61,584 nucleotides of DNA from a virus (taxonomy: Duplodnaviria > Caudoviricetes), in IMG/VR virus record IMGVR_UViG_3300025120_013662, positions 1 through 61,584 of that record. One strand, given 5' to 3'. A program made the translations under genes and the position numbers. Within the stretch, counting starts at the first letter, position 1; each line of letters begins with the position of its first letter. The notes under the pieces were generated by a model that made no database searches, was not told the origin of the DNA, and saw only the letters and a list, made by a program, of their open reading frames with translations. Positions 49,304 to 58,317 of the stretch are shown here, one piece after another.

Positions 49304-52011
49304 CAGGCATCAAAAGAACTATAACCTGTCGTCGGCCAACAACAAACCTTGACCCTTTGTTGAGGGCTTGGAATAATTTTCCATCAAACACTCCACCGGC
49401 AGATAGTCAACCAAATACTCCAGATTCACCACTCAATGGGATGCTCGGCGGACGCTGGGGGAAAATGATAAAATGGGACGCTATAACTCAAGACCCCGGC
49501 GCTGCTGAGTGGCGCAGAGCCCCACTATCAGATAATACTGAGAGGATTTGGTACAGTTATGCTGGATTCACGCCACAGGGCGGCGACCAAGAATTCGGAC
49601 CTGCAAGACTAGAAACAGCCGCACAACAGATTAATTGGAGCAACGCCTTTGACGGCGACCTCGCCCGAATAAGTTTTGAAGAATTTTCCAGAAACCCAAG
49701 TTATGATCAAGTGAAGTTCCCGGATTACAATATAGCTAGGTCAATATCTCAATTAGGTTTAGCTGGCTCAGGTTTGGATGACGCACCTCCTCCGGAGTAT
49801 GAGTTCTATGATTTCAGTACGGATGCCCCATACGCAAAAACCTATCTCTTAGACGAGATTTTAGATAGCCTGAGAGAGGGTAGAGAAGGTGGATATAAAA
49901 TAAAATCAGCAGCTACAATAAACCCGGAGTATAATTTCTTTTCCGAGAAATATGAAACAGCGATTGCGTCATCTGGTGTGCCCGAGGCTGTGCTTCCAAA
50001 TATGTATATTTATAGCTTTATGAGCGATAACAATGATAATTTAAACAGACCAGACTGGCAAAATGGCGAACGTGAAGCAGAACTTACAGGACGAAATTAC
50101 GATCGTCTTATAACATTAGAAGAGTTTTCCGGGGAGATCTTACCAAGGTTAAATTCAGAAGATAACGGATTCGAAGAAAATTATTTAGAAAATTACGCTA
50201 ATGCGGTTGACAATGTAATTATTGATTTTACAAGCAGTTTGGCAAGAGATTTTCGAACCACTATTTCTCCTGCTAGTGAAATGAATTTTTATGATAGTCT
50301 TAATAATAGAAAAACACAATTCCCAATGTATATTGAGTTGACCATTCCAACCTTTTCGGTTTTGGAAAATTCAATTACCCATATGATGGGAACATCAACA
50401 ACCAGCACTGGTATGTTGAATAGTTTAGTATCTACTCCCTCAACTAATCAAACCTTTAATTGTTCTTCTACTTTTTTCAAGGATAATAACTCCGTAAGAG
50501 ATCAGCAGCGTGCAGTTCTAATTTCATACTTAGCTCCGGATTTTGATGCCCGAACAAATCAAAACAACCAATCAGTGTCTATAAAAACGACACAACTGGA
50601 AGAGCCTGTATATGATTTTGATGAGTGGATGAATGGAGTTATGGATGATATTGAGACTATGGTTGTGAGCCCTGACGGACAAGAAAGGGTGATGGGACAG
50701 TGTGCAAGATTTAGAGACAGGATGATGGTTCAGGCGATGAGGAATAATATTTCTTCCTTGGCTCGATCAAATGCTCGTAGTTATACAGACATGATTTCTG
50801 GTAAATTGTGTAAGAATGAAACCATTGCGTATAAGCTAATTAAGAAGAATAGAAGGGATGAAATTATTCAAACTTTCTACTTGCCAAACACAAGCTATAC
50901 TGATACAATTAAATTTGTAGATACTCAAGTTAAATACAACAAGGATTACAAGTATGACCTTAAAGCCTATGCAGTCGTGTACGGATCAAAATATGTATTC
51001 AGAACAAGGGAGAGGACATATCCTGCATTTGGGGAAAACGAGAATTTGCAACGTCCTGCATCGGATCCAATATATTTTGTTTTTGATGTAGAGACAATAC
51101 CAAATCCAAAAGTTGTAGAATATACAATCTTTTCTGATTCTTACAAGGTACAAACAGATACCTTTCTGAGTTCTGGAGTTTCTTTTCCTCTGGTTAAGGT
51201 GTTAGATCGACCACCGATGCCTCCAGAGATGCAGGTAATTCCGTACAGAAATAATTACCAACAAGTATTAATAAATATCCAGCCGGGTTCAGGTGCTCGC
51301 CTTGGTCAGGACGCTGTAGATTTTATACCTTTAGACGAGGATGATCTAGGAGGAACTACTGGCCGCAATGCTATTGCTGTTCATCAAAAACAATTTGAAA
51401 ACTTTGATCTGATCGCTCCAAAGCTAGAGTTTAAATCAGAATCAGCAGCAGAAACAAAAAGGGTTGAAATATACAGAACAACAGAAATGCCGTTGAACGT
51501 AGAAAAGTATAATGATGCGTACAGATCTTTTGGCAGCGTTGCTCATAAAGTTTTGGATATTTCGCAAAACGAAGAACTGCCGGAAGAAGAGGCTGCGGAA
51601 GCTTTTGATTGTATTGATGATTTGGACCCTAATATAACATATTATTATACATGCCGAACGATCGATGTTCATAATAAAAAGTCAAACCCTTCAGCAATTT
51701 ATCAGGTTAAGTTAAACTATGAAGGCGGCGTTTATTACCCAACCATAGAAGCTTATCAGCCAAACATGGAGGACAGAAAAAGTCCAACTAAACCAATGGC
51801 TCGTTTTTTAGAAGTAAAAGCTTCAGACCTGCAATCCTATGTCTATAACTCTCTAGATGATGATGGTAATGTAATAAGCGAAAGAGGAGTTGTTTCCGAG
51901 TCTAGAGATCAGGTACAAAATAATCACTTTTTAGTACGTGTGACTTCTAAAGACACGGGCAGAAAATTTGAAATTAATCTAGTATTTAACAAAGGACAAG
52001 TATCTGATTAG
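49300..52011 (+). CDS. Hypothetical structural protein (903 aa), possibly with FN3/Ig-like C-terminal region
   Basis: FVDTQVKYNKDYKYDLKAY and DDLDPNITYYYTCRTIDVHNKKSNPS resemble FN3-type strands. Confidence 0.55.
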   Translation: MTGIKRTITCRRPTTNLDPLLRAWNNFPSNTPPADSQPNTPDSPLNGMLGGRWGKMIKWDAITQDPGAAEWRRAPLSDNTERIWYSYAGFTPQGGDQEFGPARLETAAQQINWSNAFDGDLARISFEEFSRNPSYDQVKFPDYNIARSISQLGLAGSGLDDAPPPEYEFYDFSTDAPYAKTYLLDEILDSLREGREGGYKIKSAATINPEYNFFSEKYETAIASSGVPEAVLPNMYIYSFMSDNNDNLNRPDWQNGEREAELTGRNYDRLITLEEFSGEILPRLNSEDNGFEENYLENYANAVDNVIIDFTSSLARDFRTTISPASEMNFYDSLNNRKTQFPMYIELTIPTFSVLENSITHMMGTSTTSTGMLNSLVSTPSTNQTFNCSSTFFKDNNSVRDQQRAVLISYLAPDFDARTNQNNQSVSIKTTQLEEPVYDFDEWMNGVMDDIETMVVSPDGQERVMGQCARFRDRMMVQAMRNNISSLARSNARSYTDMISGKLCKNETIAYKLIKKNRRDEIIQTFYLPNTSYTDTIKFVDTQVKYNKDYKYDLKAYAVVYGSKYVFRTRERTYPAFGENENLQRPASDPIYFVFDVETIPNPKVVEYTIFSDSYKVQTDTFLSSGVSFPLVKVLDRPPMPPEMQVIPYRNNYQQVLINIQPGSGARLGQDAVDFIPLDEDDLGGTTGRNAIAVHQKQFENFDLIAPKLEFKSESAAETKRVEIYRTTEMPLNVEKYNDAYRSFGSVAHKVLDISQNEELPEEEAAEAFDCIDDLDPNITYYYTCRTIDVHNKKSNPSAIYQVKLNYEGGVYYPTIEAYQPNMEDRKSPTKPMARFLEVKASDLQSYVYNSLDDDGNVISERGVVSESRDQVQNNHFLVRVTSKDTGRKFEINLVFNKGQVSD

Positions 52012-52041
52012 ATATAAATCCTTAAAAAGGTGAAAAGGATA

Positions 52042-52051
52042 CTATTTAATA
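52042..52051 (+). promoter_or_regulatory. Candidate phage late promoter element CTATTTAATA
   Basis: In the 87-bp intergenic gap before ATG 52099. Confidence 0.45.
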
Positions 52052-52098
52052 AGAACCCGAAAAAAAAGATAGATAAGGTTCTAGAAGAGGAAATATAA

Positions 52099-53139
52099 AT
52101 GGCGTTTTTAGATAACAGTGGTGATATTATTCTCGATGCAGTTTTAACTGATACTGGTCGTAAAAGACTGGCTGCTGGAGATGGAAGTTTTAGAATTGTT
52201 AAATTTGCTCTAGGTGATGACGAGATAGACTATTCTTTGTACAGAAACTCAAACAGTACTGAGGGTCGTCATCCAAGCGGGTCAGCGTATTATGATTTAA
52301 ACATCATGCAAACCCCAGTCCTAGAAGCTTTCACTGACAATGCTTCAGTGCTTAAGTCAAAACTTGTTTCCTATGCACAATCTGATTTACTATATTTGCC
52401 TGTGATAAAAGTTAATAATGTTTTGAATAAGACAGCAAATGAAAACAGTGACTGGTCTGCTTTAGAGACTCCAACTGGTGGATATATTTTATCTGTTGAT
52501 GCTACAACCTCTAATAACTTTTCTAGCAACCTTGTTTCTTTGGATGGGCTTATAAAGACAGATACAACAAATTCGCCTAGTCAAAAACCTGTCTCTCTTG
52601 ACCAAGGTTTGGATAGCACCTTGTTGTCTGTGGCTAACTTGCCGCTTGGAGATCCTCGCCGAGAAACACAATATCTTGTAGAGCTAGACAACCGTCTTCT
52701 GCGCATAATGCCTGTCGGCGGGAATAATACAAGTATGGTGGCCACGCCATCGTATATTGATGATGATAATATAGCGAGTTATTATTTCTCTCTAAATTCT
52801 AATAGCGGATATTTTGGTGGAGCGGATGCTACAAATCTTCCTCGTTTCCAGATCCCAGAAGGAAATACTGGACGAGGCGATCCAAATACTGTTTTAGGAA
52901 ATATATCGACAGGCACTGGACAATACGGAACACGTTTCGGATTTAAGCTAAAATCTTCCCTAGACGCAGAAAATAGTACAAATTTCTTCACAACGCTGGG
53001 TTCAATAACCAGTGATGATTATGATGCTGGTGGTGGGTCTACCACATATCACTTCATAGATTCTACAATTCGCATTACTGGATTTACAACAGGGTATCGA
53101 GTCGATATGCCTGTTCGACTTATTAAGAAAGCAACATAG
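52099..53139 (+). CDS. Putative tail/baseplate structural protein (tail-collar-like N-terminus)
   Basis: MAFLDNSGDIILDAVLTDTGRKRLAAG...KFALGDDEIDY. GAGG RBS. Confidence 0.65.
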   Translation: MAFLDNSGDIILDAVLTDTGRKRLAAGDGSFRIVKFALGDDEIDYSLYRNSNSTEGRHPSGSAYYDLNIMQTPVLEAFTDNASVLKSKLVSYAQSDLLYLPVIKVNNVLNKTANENSDWSALETPTGGYILSVDATTSNNFSSNLVSLDGLIKTDTTNSPSQKPVSLDQGLDSTLLSVANLPLGDPRRETQYLVELDNRLLRIMPVGGNNTSMVATPSYIDDDNIASYYFSLNSNSGYFGGADATNLPRFQIPEGNTGRGDPNTVLGNISTGTGQYGTRFGFKLKSSLDAENSTNFFTTLGSITSDDYDAGGGSTTYHFIDSTIRITGFTTGYRVDMPVRLIKKAT

Positions 53140-53148
53140 GATTTAACA

Positions 53149-54306
53149 ATGGCTACATCATTTAAGACACTTCTTGGCAGCGACATACAGAATAGCACGA
53201 CTAAACTGCATGAGGCTATTCCAATTACTGGATCGATTATTTCAGGGACATATTCCGAGGGGAATGTTAAAAATTATTCTCATGGAATGTTTCAGTCTGT
53301 ATATGACTATCCCTTTCTGAGTTCATCAGCGAATCATATTTTTGATATCACCGCTGGGTTCACCGGGACTTCGGTTTTGTCTGGTGCCGCAACGATTCAG
53401 AACAAGCAGAAAATACAAATCTACAACCAGATGGCTCAAGTCTTATGTGGACATTCTTCTGTTGGTGAAATTCTTCCCTTTGATATGAGCGGAAACTTTG
53501 CCACATCACCTTTTGATTCTGCCAAGGCGAATCGTGACAAGATGAATTCTGTCTTCTTTATTAACTTTGCTAGATTATTAAACAAGGATGAAATGCAAAA
53601 AGGATCCTTCTTTATGAATTTGGGTGTTAACCCAACGGGTGGTGTTGGATTCTCTGGTAGAGAGCAGTTAATCGTAGCTGATGTCAGTGGTGCTGATAGT
53701 TTCAGGGTCAACTCACCAGCCGGCGAATACAATTTCTTGTTTGTTACCTCCAGTGGTCCATCTGGATGTCTTATGACTCAATTTGATAACCATCCCTGTG
53801 GTCTAATTTTCTATCAAGCTGGTATAGCAGTTCTCACGTCCTCGTTGTTCGAAAGCTATAATAGTGGTGGATTCCTAAACAACAGATTGCTTGGCGCTGG
53901 CTCAGGCGCTGGTTTCCCTAAACTTAATGGACTTATTTTCCAAAATGGTGCTGAGTTTAATAAGAATGTCAAGCAAGTTTTGACTGGTACTTTCATATCG
54001 TCATCGGCGGATGGATTAAGAAACCGGATACAGAGAATTTCTTTTGCTAACACGACTGATCTAAACTCAACAATTTATTTCTGCCGAGCAAACTCAAACG
54101 AGTTTAACTACAGTAGTAACCCAACATACCTAAAAGATAGTCAGGTGAGAGTTAAGGAAGTACAGGCTGATGAGCCAGTTTCTTATATTACCACAGTTGG
54201 TCTTTATGGTGCAAATAATGAAATGTTGGCTACAGCAAAAATAAGCGAACCACTTAAGAAAACTCCTTCTAACGAGTTTACCCTGCGAGTCAGGCTAGAT
54301 TATTAG
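53149..54306 (+). CDS. Putative tail/baseplate structural protein
   Basis: C-terminal EFNYSSNPT...YITTVGLY....EMLATAKISEPLKK...RVRLDY. Paralog of the next gene. Confidence 0.65.
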   Translation: MATSFKTLLGSDIQNSTTKLHEAIPITGSIISGTYSEGNVKNYSHGMFQSVYDYPFLSSSANHIFDITAGFTGTSVLSGAATIQNKQKIQIYNQMAQVLCGHSSVGEILPFDMSGNFATSPFDSAKANRDKMNSVFFINFARLLNKDEMQKGSFFMNLGVNPTGGVGFSGREQLIVADVSGADSFRVNSPAGEYNFLFVTSSGPSGCLMTQFDNHPCGLIFYQAGIAVLTSSLFESYNSGGFLNNRLLGAGSGAGFPKLNGLIFQNGAEFNKNVKQVLTGTFISSSADGLRNRIQRISFANTTDLNSTIYFCRANSNEFNYSSNPTYLKDSQVRVKEVQADEPVSYITTVGLYGANNEMLATAKISEPLKKTPSNEFTLRVRLDY

Positions 54307-54319
54307 CAGGGGGTGAAGG

Positions 54320-55486
54320 ATGCCTTACCTCCGGCGCTTTGGCGTAAACGACATATTTAAGAACACCGTTGAGACGCAACCTCAGTATGATGTTACTATG
54401 TACTCTAACAAGGTCTTTATAAACAAAAGGCGTTTTGAAGGACAGAATGTTCCAACTGGAACAATCAGCCTATACGAAATTAATGCGGATCGAGCCACAG
54501 ATTTAATTCATGCGTTTGCAATAAAGGATGGAAATTTTCAATCCTTTGGCCCAATCTCCACAAACGACTATGCTACAGCTTCCTACGGGACAAAAATTTC
54601 ATTAGACTATCCTCTGACTTCAAGTATAGCTCGACAATACATCAGGAGCGAACCCGCTCCCTCTACGACAGATGGTTCAACTGATTCATATTTTACTGTA
54701 AGAAGAAGAATGCTGGCCCTGCAAAGTACTCTTGATTATTATAGACCCTTGAGTCCTTCGTATTCATACCAGAAACATTTTGAAACAGTACCAGTAAATT
54801 TAATAAGCATACCTTCCATTATGTTTGATTCAGGGATACAAAAAGGGTCAGTTAATCTTAAGTTTTTCTTTACTGGAACTTTAGTTGATGAAGCTGTTGA
54901 CAAAAACGAAAACGGCGAACTTATATCTACAACTGGAGCGCTAAGTGGAACCACAGTAGGGGTTGTATTGTACAATGAGGGTTTTGTTTTACTGACTTCT
55001 TCTTTGGTTCTATCAAATGATCTCGATGACTATCTTGGAACAGGAACCAAAGTAAAACCACAATGGACTTATTTCGGCTCATACTATGCTACGGGATCAG
55101 GCGGAGCCGGAGCCACAGGTAGCTCTTATACATTATCCTTTAAGGGCACAAATGAAATCCCAACAACTACTATGTTTGCAGAGGCTACTGCTGGGTCTTT
55201 AAACAATTCTCAGAACCTGACTTGGATAAGTTCATCAAATTCTAATTGGAGAGGTAGAACAAACTCCGATTCTAGTTCTTATGTTGAGCCAAAAGATATT
55301 GTAATAAAAAACACTCTTCAAAGCCAATATTGCAGATATGATGATGAATTTGAAAAACAAGTTTTTATAAGTTCTATTGGGATTTTTGATGAGCAGAAGA
55401 ATTTAATTGGTGTAGCAAAACTAGCGAACCCAGTTAGAAAAAAAGAAACTGACGCTTATACGTTTAAACTTAAATTAGATTTCTGA
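54320..55486 (+). CDS. Putative tail/baseplate structural protein, paralog of 53149
   Basis: GVVLYNEG.V.LTSS (compare GLIFYQAGIAVLTSS), NNSQN.T, FISSIGIFD...LIGVAKLANPVRKK...KLKLDF. Confidence 0.65.
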   Translation: MPYLRRFGVNDIFKNTVETQPQYDVTMYSNKVFINKRRFEGQNVPTGTISLYEINADRATDLIHAFAIKDGNFQSFGPISTNDYATASYGTKISLDYPLTSSIARQYIRSEPAPSTTDGSTDSYFTVRRRMLALQSTLDYYRPLSPSYSYQKHFETVPVNLISIPSIMFDSGIQKGSVNLKFFFTGTLVDEAVDKNENGELISTTGALSGTTVGVVLYNEGFVLLTSSLVLSNDLDDYLGTGTKVKPQWTYFGSYYATGSGGAGATGSSYTLSFKGTNEIPTTTMFAEATAGSLNNSQNLTWISSSNSNWRGRTNSDSSSYVEPKDIVIKNTLQSQYCRYDDEFEKQVFISSIGIFDEQKNLIGVAKLANPVRKKETDAYTFKLKLDF

Positions 55487-55492
55487 TATACT
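55484..55492 (+). promoter_or_regulatory. Possible extended -10 element (TGaTATACT) 6 bp before the RuvC-like ATG, implying a leaderless transcript
   Basis: TG-N-TATACT at 55484-55492. No Shine-Dalgarno before ATG 55499 and no convincing -35. Confidence 0.35.
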
Positions 55493-55498
55493 ACTTGT

Positions 55499-56077
55499 AT
55501 GATATTAGGACTTGATATTTCTACCACCATGGTTGGGGTAGCGATTATTGACAAAGAGACTAGGAAACTTATCCACTGTACTGGGTGGGATATCTCCAAG
55601 ATTACTTCAACATATGAAAAATCAGAATTTATAGGTGCAGAGTTATATTCTCTTCGTTCTGAATTTAATATTGAAAACTTATTTATAGAAACTGCTTTAA
55701 AGAAATTTATGCCGGGACGGTCCAGAGCGGACACTATTATAAAATTAGCTAAGTTTAATGGTATTGTTTCGTGGTTGTGTTATGAGTGTTTTAACTTTGA
55801 GCCAACCCATATTAACGTCAATAGTGCTCGGTCCTTATATGGGCTGTCTTTTCCTAGGGGAACAAAAGGACCCCAAAGAAAAAAGATGGTAATTGAAGCT
55901 GTAATAGATAAAGAGAAGACAGATTTCTCATATGAGATGGCTCGTGGCGGAAGAAATTTTAAAAAAGGCACCGATGATCGTGCTGATGCTGTTGTTATTG
56001 CTCGGGCTGGAGAGTTTATATTGAGGAACCAGAACAACAAAGGCTTCTTGACAGAAAAAATAGTTTTAGTTGATTAA
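55499..56077 (+). CDS. RuvC-like Holliday junction resolvase (RNase H fold)
   Basis: ILGLDISTT.VG, FIE, LAKFNGIV, K..VI, DDRADAVVIA. Confidence 0.82.
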   Translation: MILGLDISTTMVGVAIIDKETRKLIHCTGWDISKITSTYEKSEFIGAELYSLRSEFNIENLFIETALKKFMPGRSRADTIIKLAKFNGIVSWLCYECFNFEPTHINVNSARSLYGLSFPRGTKGPQRKKMVIEAVIDKEKTDFSYEMARGGRNFKKGTDDRADAVVIARAGEFILRNQNNKGFLTEKIVLVD

Positions 56078-56081
56078 CAAA

Positions 56082-56090
56082 CTACTTATT
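56082..56090 (+). promoter_or_regulatory. Candidate phage late promoter element CTACTTATT
   Basis: Ends 2 bp before ATG 56093 of a leader-bearing gene that has no Shine-Dalgarno. Confidence 0.45.
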
Positions 56091-56092
56091 GC

Positions 56093-56533
56093 ATGAAATT
56101 AAGTAAAGATATAATTCGCAATCTTATCAAAGAAGAGATTAGTGAAATGTGCGCTGCGGACCAATACAAGATGGGATCAGACGACAAGCATCAAGATTAT
56201 CATCATCAGGATGATGAAGGTGATATGGCGAAGCGCCAAATGTTCAAGACAGCCGAATATGCTACTGCTATTTTTGATATGATCCAAGACGGTGAACAGT
56301 ATCCAGCTTGGATTCAAAGCAAGATGACGAAGGTAGCAGATTATATCGGAGCAGTCAAGCACTATCTTGAGTATGATCATGTTATGGGAGAAAAGCTTGA
56401 CAAAGACGCCGATGCTGGTGATTATATTAAAGACTTCCGAAAATCTGATGCCCCACAATTCAAGGGCAAGTCAAAAAAGAAAAAGCAACAGATGGCAGTA
56501 GCTGCCTATCTTGATGCGAAAGATAACAAGTAA
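56093..56533 (+). CDS. Hypothetical protein with type-A leader (MKLSKDIIRNLIKEE); two small helical modules
   Basis: Leader, then EGDMAKRQ...PAWIQSKMT..ADYI...YLEY, then DAGDYIKDFRKSDAPQFKGKSKKKKQQMAVAAYL. Confidence 0.75.
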   Translation: MKLSKDIIRNLIKEEISEMCAADQYKMGSDDKHQDYHHQDDEGDMAKRQMFKTAEYATAIFDMIQDGEQYPAWIQSKMTKVADYIGAVKHYLEYDHVMGEKLDKDADAGDYIKDFRKSDAPQFKGKSKKKKQQMAVAAYLDAKDNK

Positions 56534-56540
56534 AAATTAC

Positions 56541-56568
56541 TTGACCTAATCAAAACATATGGTATTAT
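56541..56568 (+). promoter_or_regulatory. Sigma70-like (early) promoter
   Basis: TTGACC (56541-46), 16-bp spacer, TG-G-TATTAT (56560-68), AT-rich upstream. GGAGGT at 56579-84 precedes ATG 56591. Confidence 0.65.
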
Positions 56569-56590
56569 AGTGTTGAAGGGAGGTGCTCCT

Positions 56591-57196
56591 ATGAGTTACC
56601 AAGTCTTTAGCGATATGGATGGTGTCCTCGTCAATTTCGAGGGTGGCGTTCTAAAATTTATGAACCAACGTTTTCAGGAACTAAAAGATCAACCAGATCA
56701 TCCTGATCACAAACTTGCCCGTTCGGCTGCCAAAGAACTCGGCGGCTGGGACGTCGAGATTAACAAGTGGCACATTGCTCGATCTGATCAAGAAAAAAGC
56801 TTAGCCCGCAACTATCGGGTCCGAGACTTTATGTATCGTCTCGTAGAAGATGATGTAAATCTGTGGGCAAACCTTGAGTGGGAGCGTGGCGGCAAAGAGC
56901 TTTGGAATTATATTAAAGATATTCCCGGTTTGGAGATCTTGTCAGCACCGATGGCCGAAGGTTCCAAGATCGGCAAGCGGATGTGGGTTGAGCGAGAACT
57001 GGGTGTCCCAGTTGAAAAAGTCAATCTAGCTGACAGCAAGAAGTCCTATGGAGTTCACAACGGAAAACAAGGACTTTTGATTGACGACCGTGACAAATAT
57101 GTCAACGAGTTCCGTGACGGCGGCGGCATCGCTATTAAACATAATCCAGATGACGTGGATAATACGATTAGACAACTTAAAGAACTAGGGTTTTGA
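56591..57196 (+). CDS. 5'(3')-deoxyribonucleotidase (NT5C)-like HAD hydrolase
   Basis: FSDMDGVLVNF, ILSAP, GKRMWV, LLIDDR..V.EF...GG.AI.H. Strong Shine-Dalgarno supports ATG 56591. Confidence 0.85.
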   Translation: MSYQVFSDMDGVLVNFEGGVLKFMNQRFQELKDQPDHPDHKLARSAAKELGGWDVEINKWHIARSDQEKSLARNYRVRDFMYRLVEDDVNLWANLEWERGGKELWNYIKDIPGLEILSAPMAEGSKIGKRMWVERELGVPVEKVNLADSKKSYGVHNGKQGLLIDDRDKYVNEFRDGGGIAIKHNPDDVDNTIRQLKELGF

Positions 57197-57360
57197 TAGA
57201 GGACAAATTTGAAATCGGTGAACTTGTTTGGTTTACTTTCGACGGTGCTGTACCACGCTTAGGCGTGGTCAGTGCTATCACGAATTATTATCAGGTTCTA
57301 TTTGGTGACGAAAAATATTGGATTCCTCCTCATCACATCTCTAGGCACGACGGACTGTAA
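57193..57360 (+). CDS. Small 55-aa protein, Tudor/PWWP/SH3-like pattern (absent from the ORF track)
   Basis: TTG overlaps the upstream TGA (TTGA) and TAA abuts the primase start. Translation: MIEDKFEIGELVWFTFDGAVPRLGVVSAITNYYQVLFGDEKYWIPPHHISRHDGL. Confidence 0.65.
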   Translation: MIEDKFEIGELVWFTFDGAVPRLGVVSAITNYYQVLFGDEKYWIPPHHISRHDGL

Positions 57361-58308
57361 TTGCTTAACGACCCCAACTCGGCGAAGAAGAAAAGAATCC
57401 TTGATGAAATCCTTGGCACACCTCAGCGCCAAGGCAAGGAATATCTTTACTCTTCCCGGTGTTGCGGACACCACAAGCGCAAACTCTCAGTAAACTTTGA
57501 TAAGAACGTCGGTAAGTGTTGGGCTTGTGACTGGCGCACCAAAAATTTACGACGCATTGTAAGGCGCTGGGGTGATATAAGTCACATCCATAGATGGAAG
57601 GATTTTGACGCCGATATAGAGCTAGGCGACCTAGACAACCTCTTTGCGAAGGAAGAGGAAATAAAACAGCGAATTGACCTTCCAAATGAGTTTCAAACGC
57701 TTACGGGTCGCTCTCACCCACCATCTGCAAGAGTTCCCCTAAACTATCTCCGCAAACGTGCCGTTGTAGAGAAAGACGTCCTCTTTTGGAAGATTGGCTA
57801 CTGCGCTTCTGGGGAATACAAAAATAGAATTATTCTTCCATCATTTGACGACGAAGGTTATTGCAACTTTTTTACGTCCCGCACATATGACCCTAACATC
57901 TGGCCTCCGTATATGAACGGACCCGGCAACAAAGACATTATCTTCAACGAACTTCTGATTGATTGGGAGCGAGAGGTCACTTTGGTTGAGGGTGTCTTCG
58001 ACGCCATCGTTGCTGGCGAGAACAGCATCCCGCTCCTCGGCTCAACCCTCAGAGAAGACAGTAGACTTTTCAGGAAGATCGTAAAGAACGACACACCGGT
58101 CCTACTTGGTTTGGACAACGATGCACACAAAAAAGCTATGAAACTTGTGAAAGCGTTGCTGGCTTATGACGTAGAAGTTCGGCTTATGGACACGTCTGGT
58201 TATAAAGATGTTGGCGTGATGCCTCCTGATATATTCGAGGAACGCAAAGAGAAAGCGCCTTTTATTGATTCCGATGCCTATTTATTCAAGATTGCTTTAA
58301 TGGCATGA
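57361..58308 (+). CDS. DNA primase (Zn-binding plus TOPRIM domains)
   Basis: CCGHH...KLSVNF...CWAC, YLRKR, IGYC..GEYKNRIILP, LVEGVFDAI, PLLGS, LGLDNDA, KDVG. Confidence 0.88.
   Translation: MLNDPNSAKKKRILDEILGTPQRQGKEYLYSSRCCGHHKRKLSVNFDKNVGKCWACDWRTKNLRRIVRRWGDISHIHRWKDFDADIELGDLDNLFAKEEEIKQRIDLPNEFQTLTGRSHPPSARVPLNYLRKRAVVEKDVLFWKIGYCASGEYKNRIILPSFDDEGYCNFFTSRTYDPNIWPPYMNGPGNKDIIFNELLIDWEREVTLVEGVFDAIVAGENSIPLLGSTLREDSRLFRKIVKNDTPVLLGLDNDAHKKAMKLVKALLAYDVEVRLMDTSGYKDVGVMPPDIFEERKEKAPFIDSDAYLFKIALMA
58278..58286 (+). promoter_or_regulatory. Candidate phage late promoter element CTATTTATT
   Basis: At the 3' end of the primase gene, 31 bp before the first gene (58318) of the leader-protein array. 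Confidence 0.45.
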
Positions 58309-58317
58309 GGGCACAAA

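Noticed and set aside
56048-56076. TTGACA near the end of the RuvC-like gene as a sigma70 -35 for 56093
   Set aside because: No acceptable -10 hexamer at 16-18 bp spacing.
57272-57493. 73-aa + strand ORF from the track
   Set aside because: It overlaps both the better-fitting 57193..57360 ORF and the primase in another frame, with no recognisable features.
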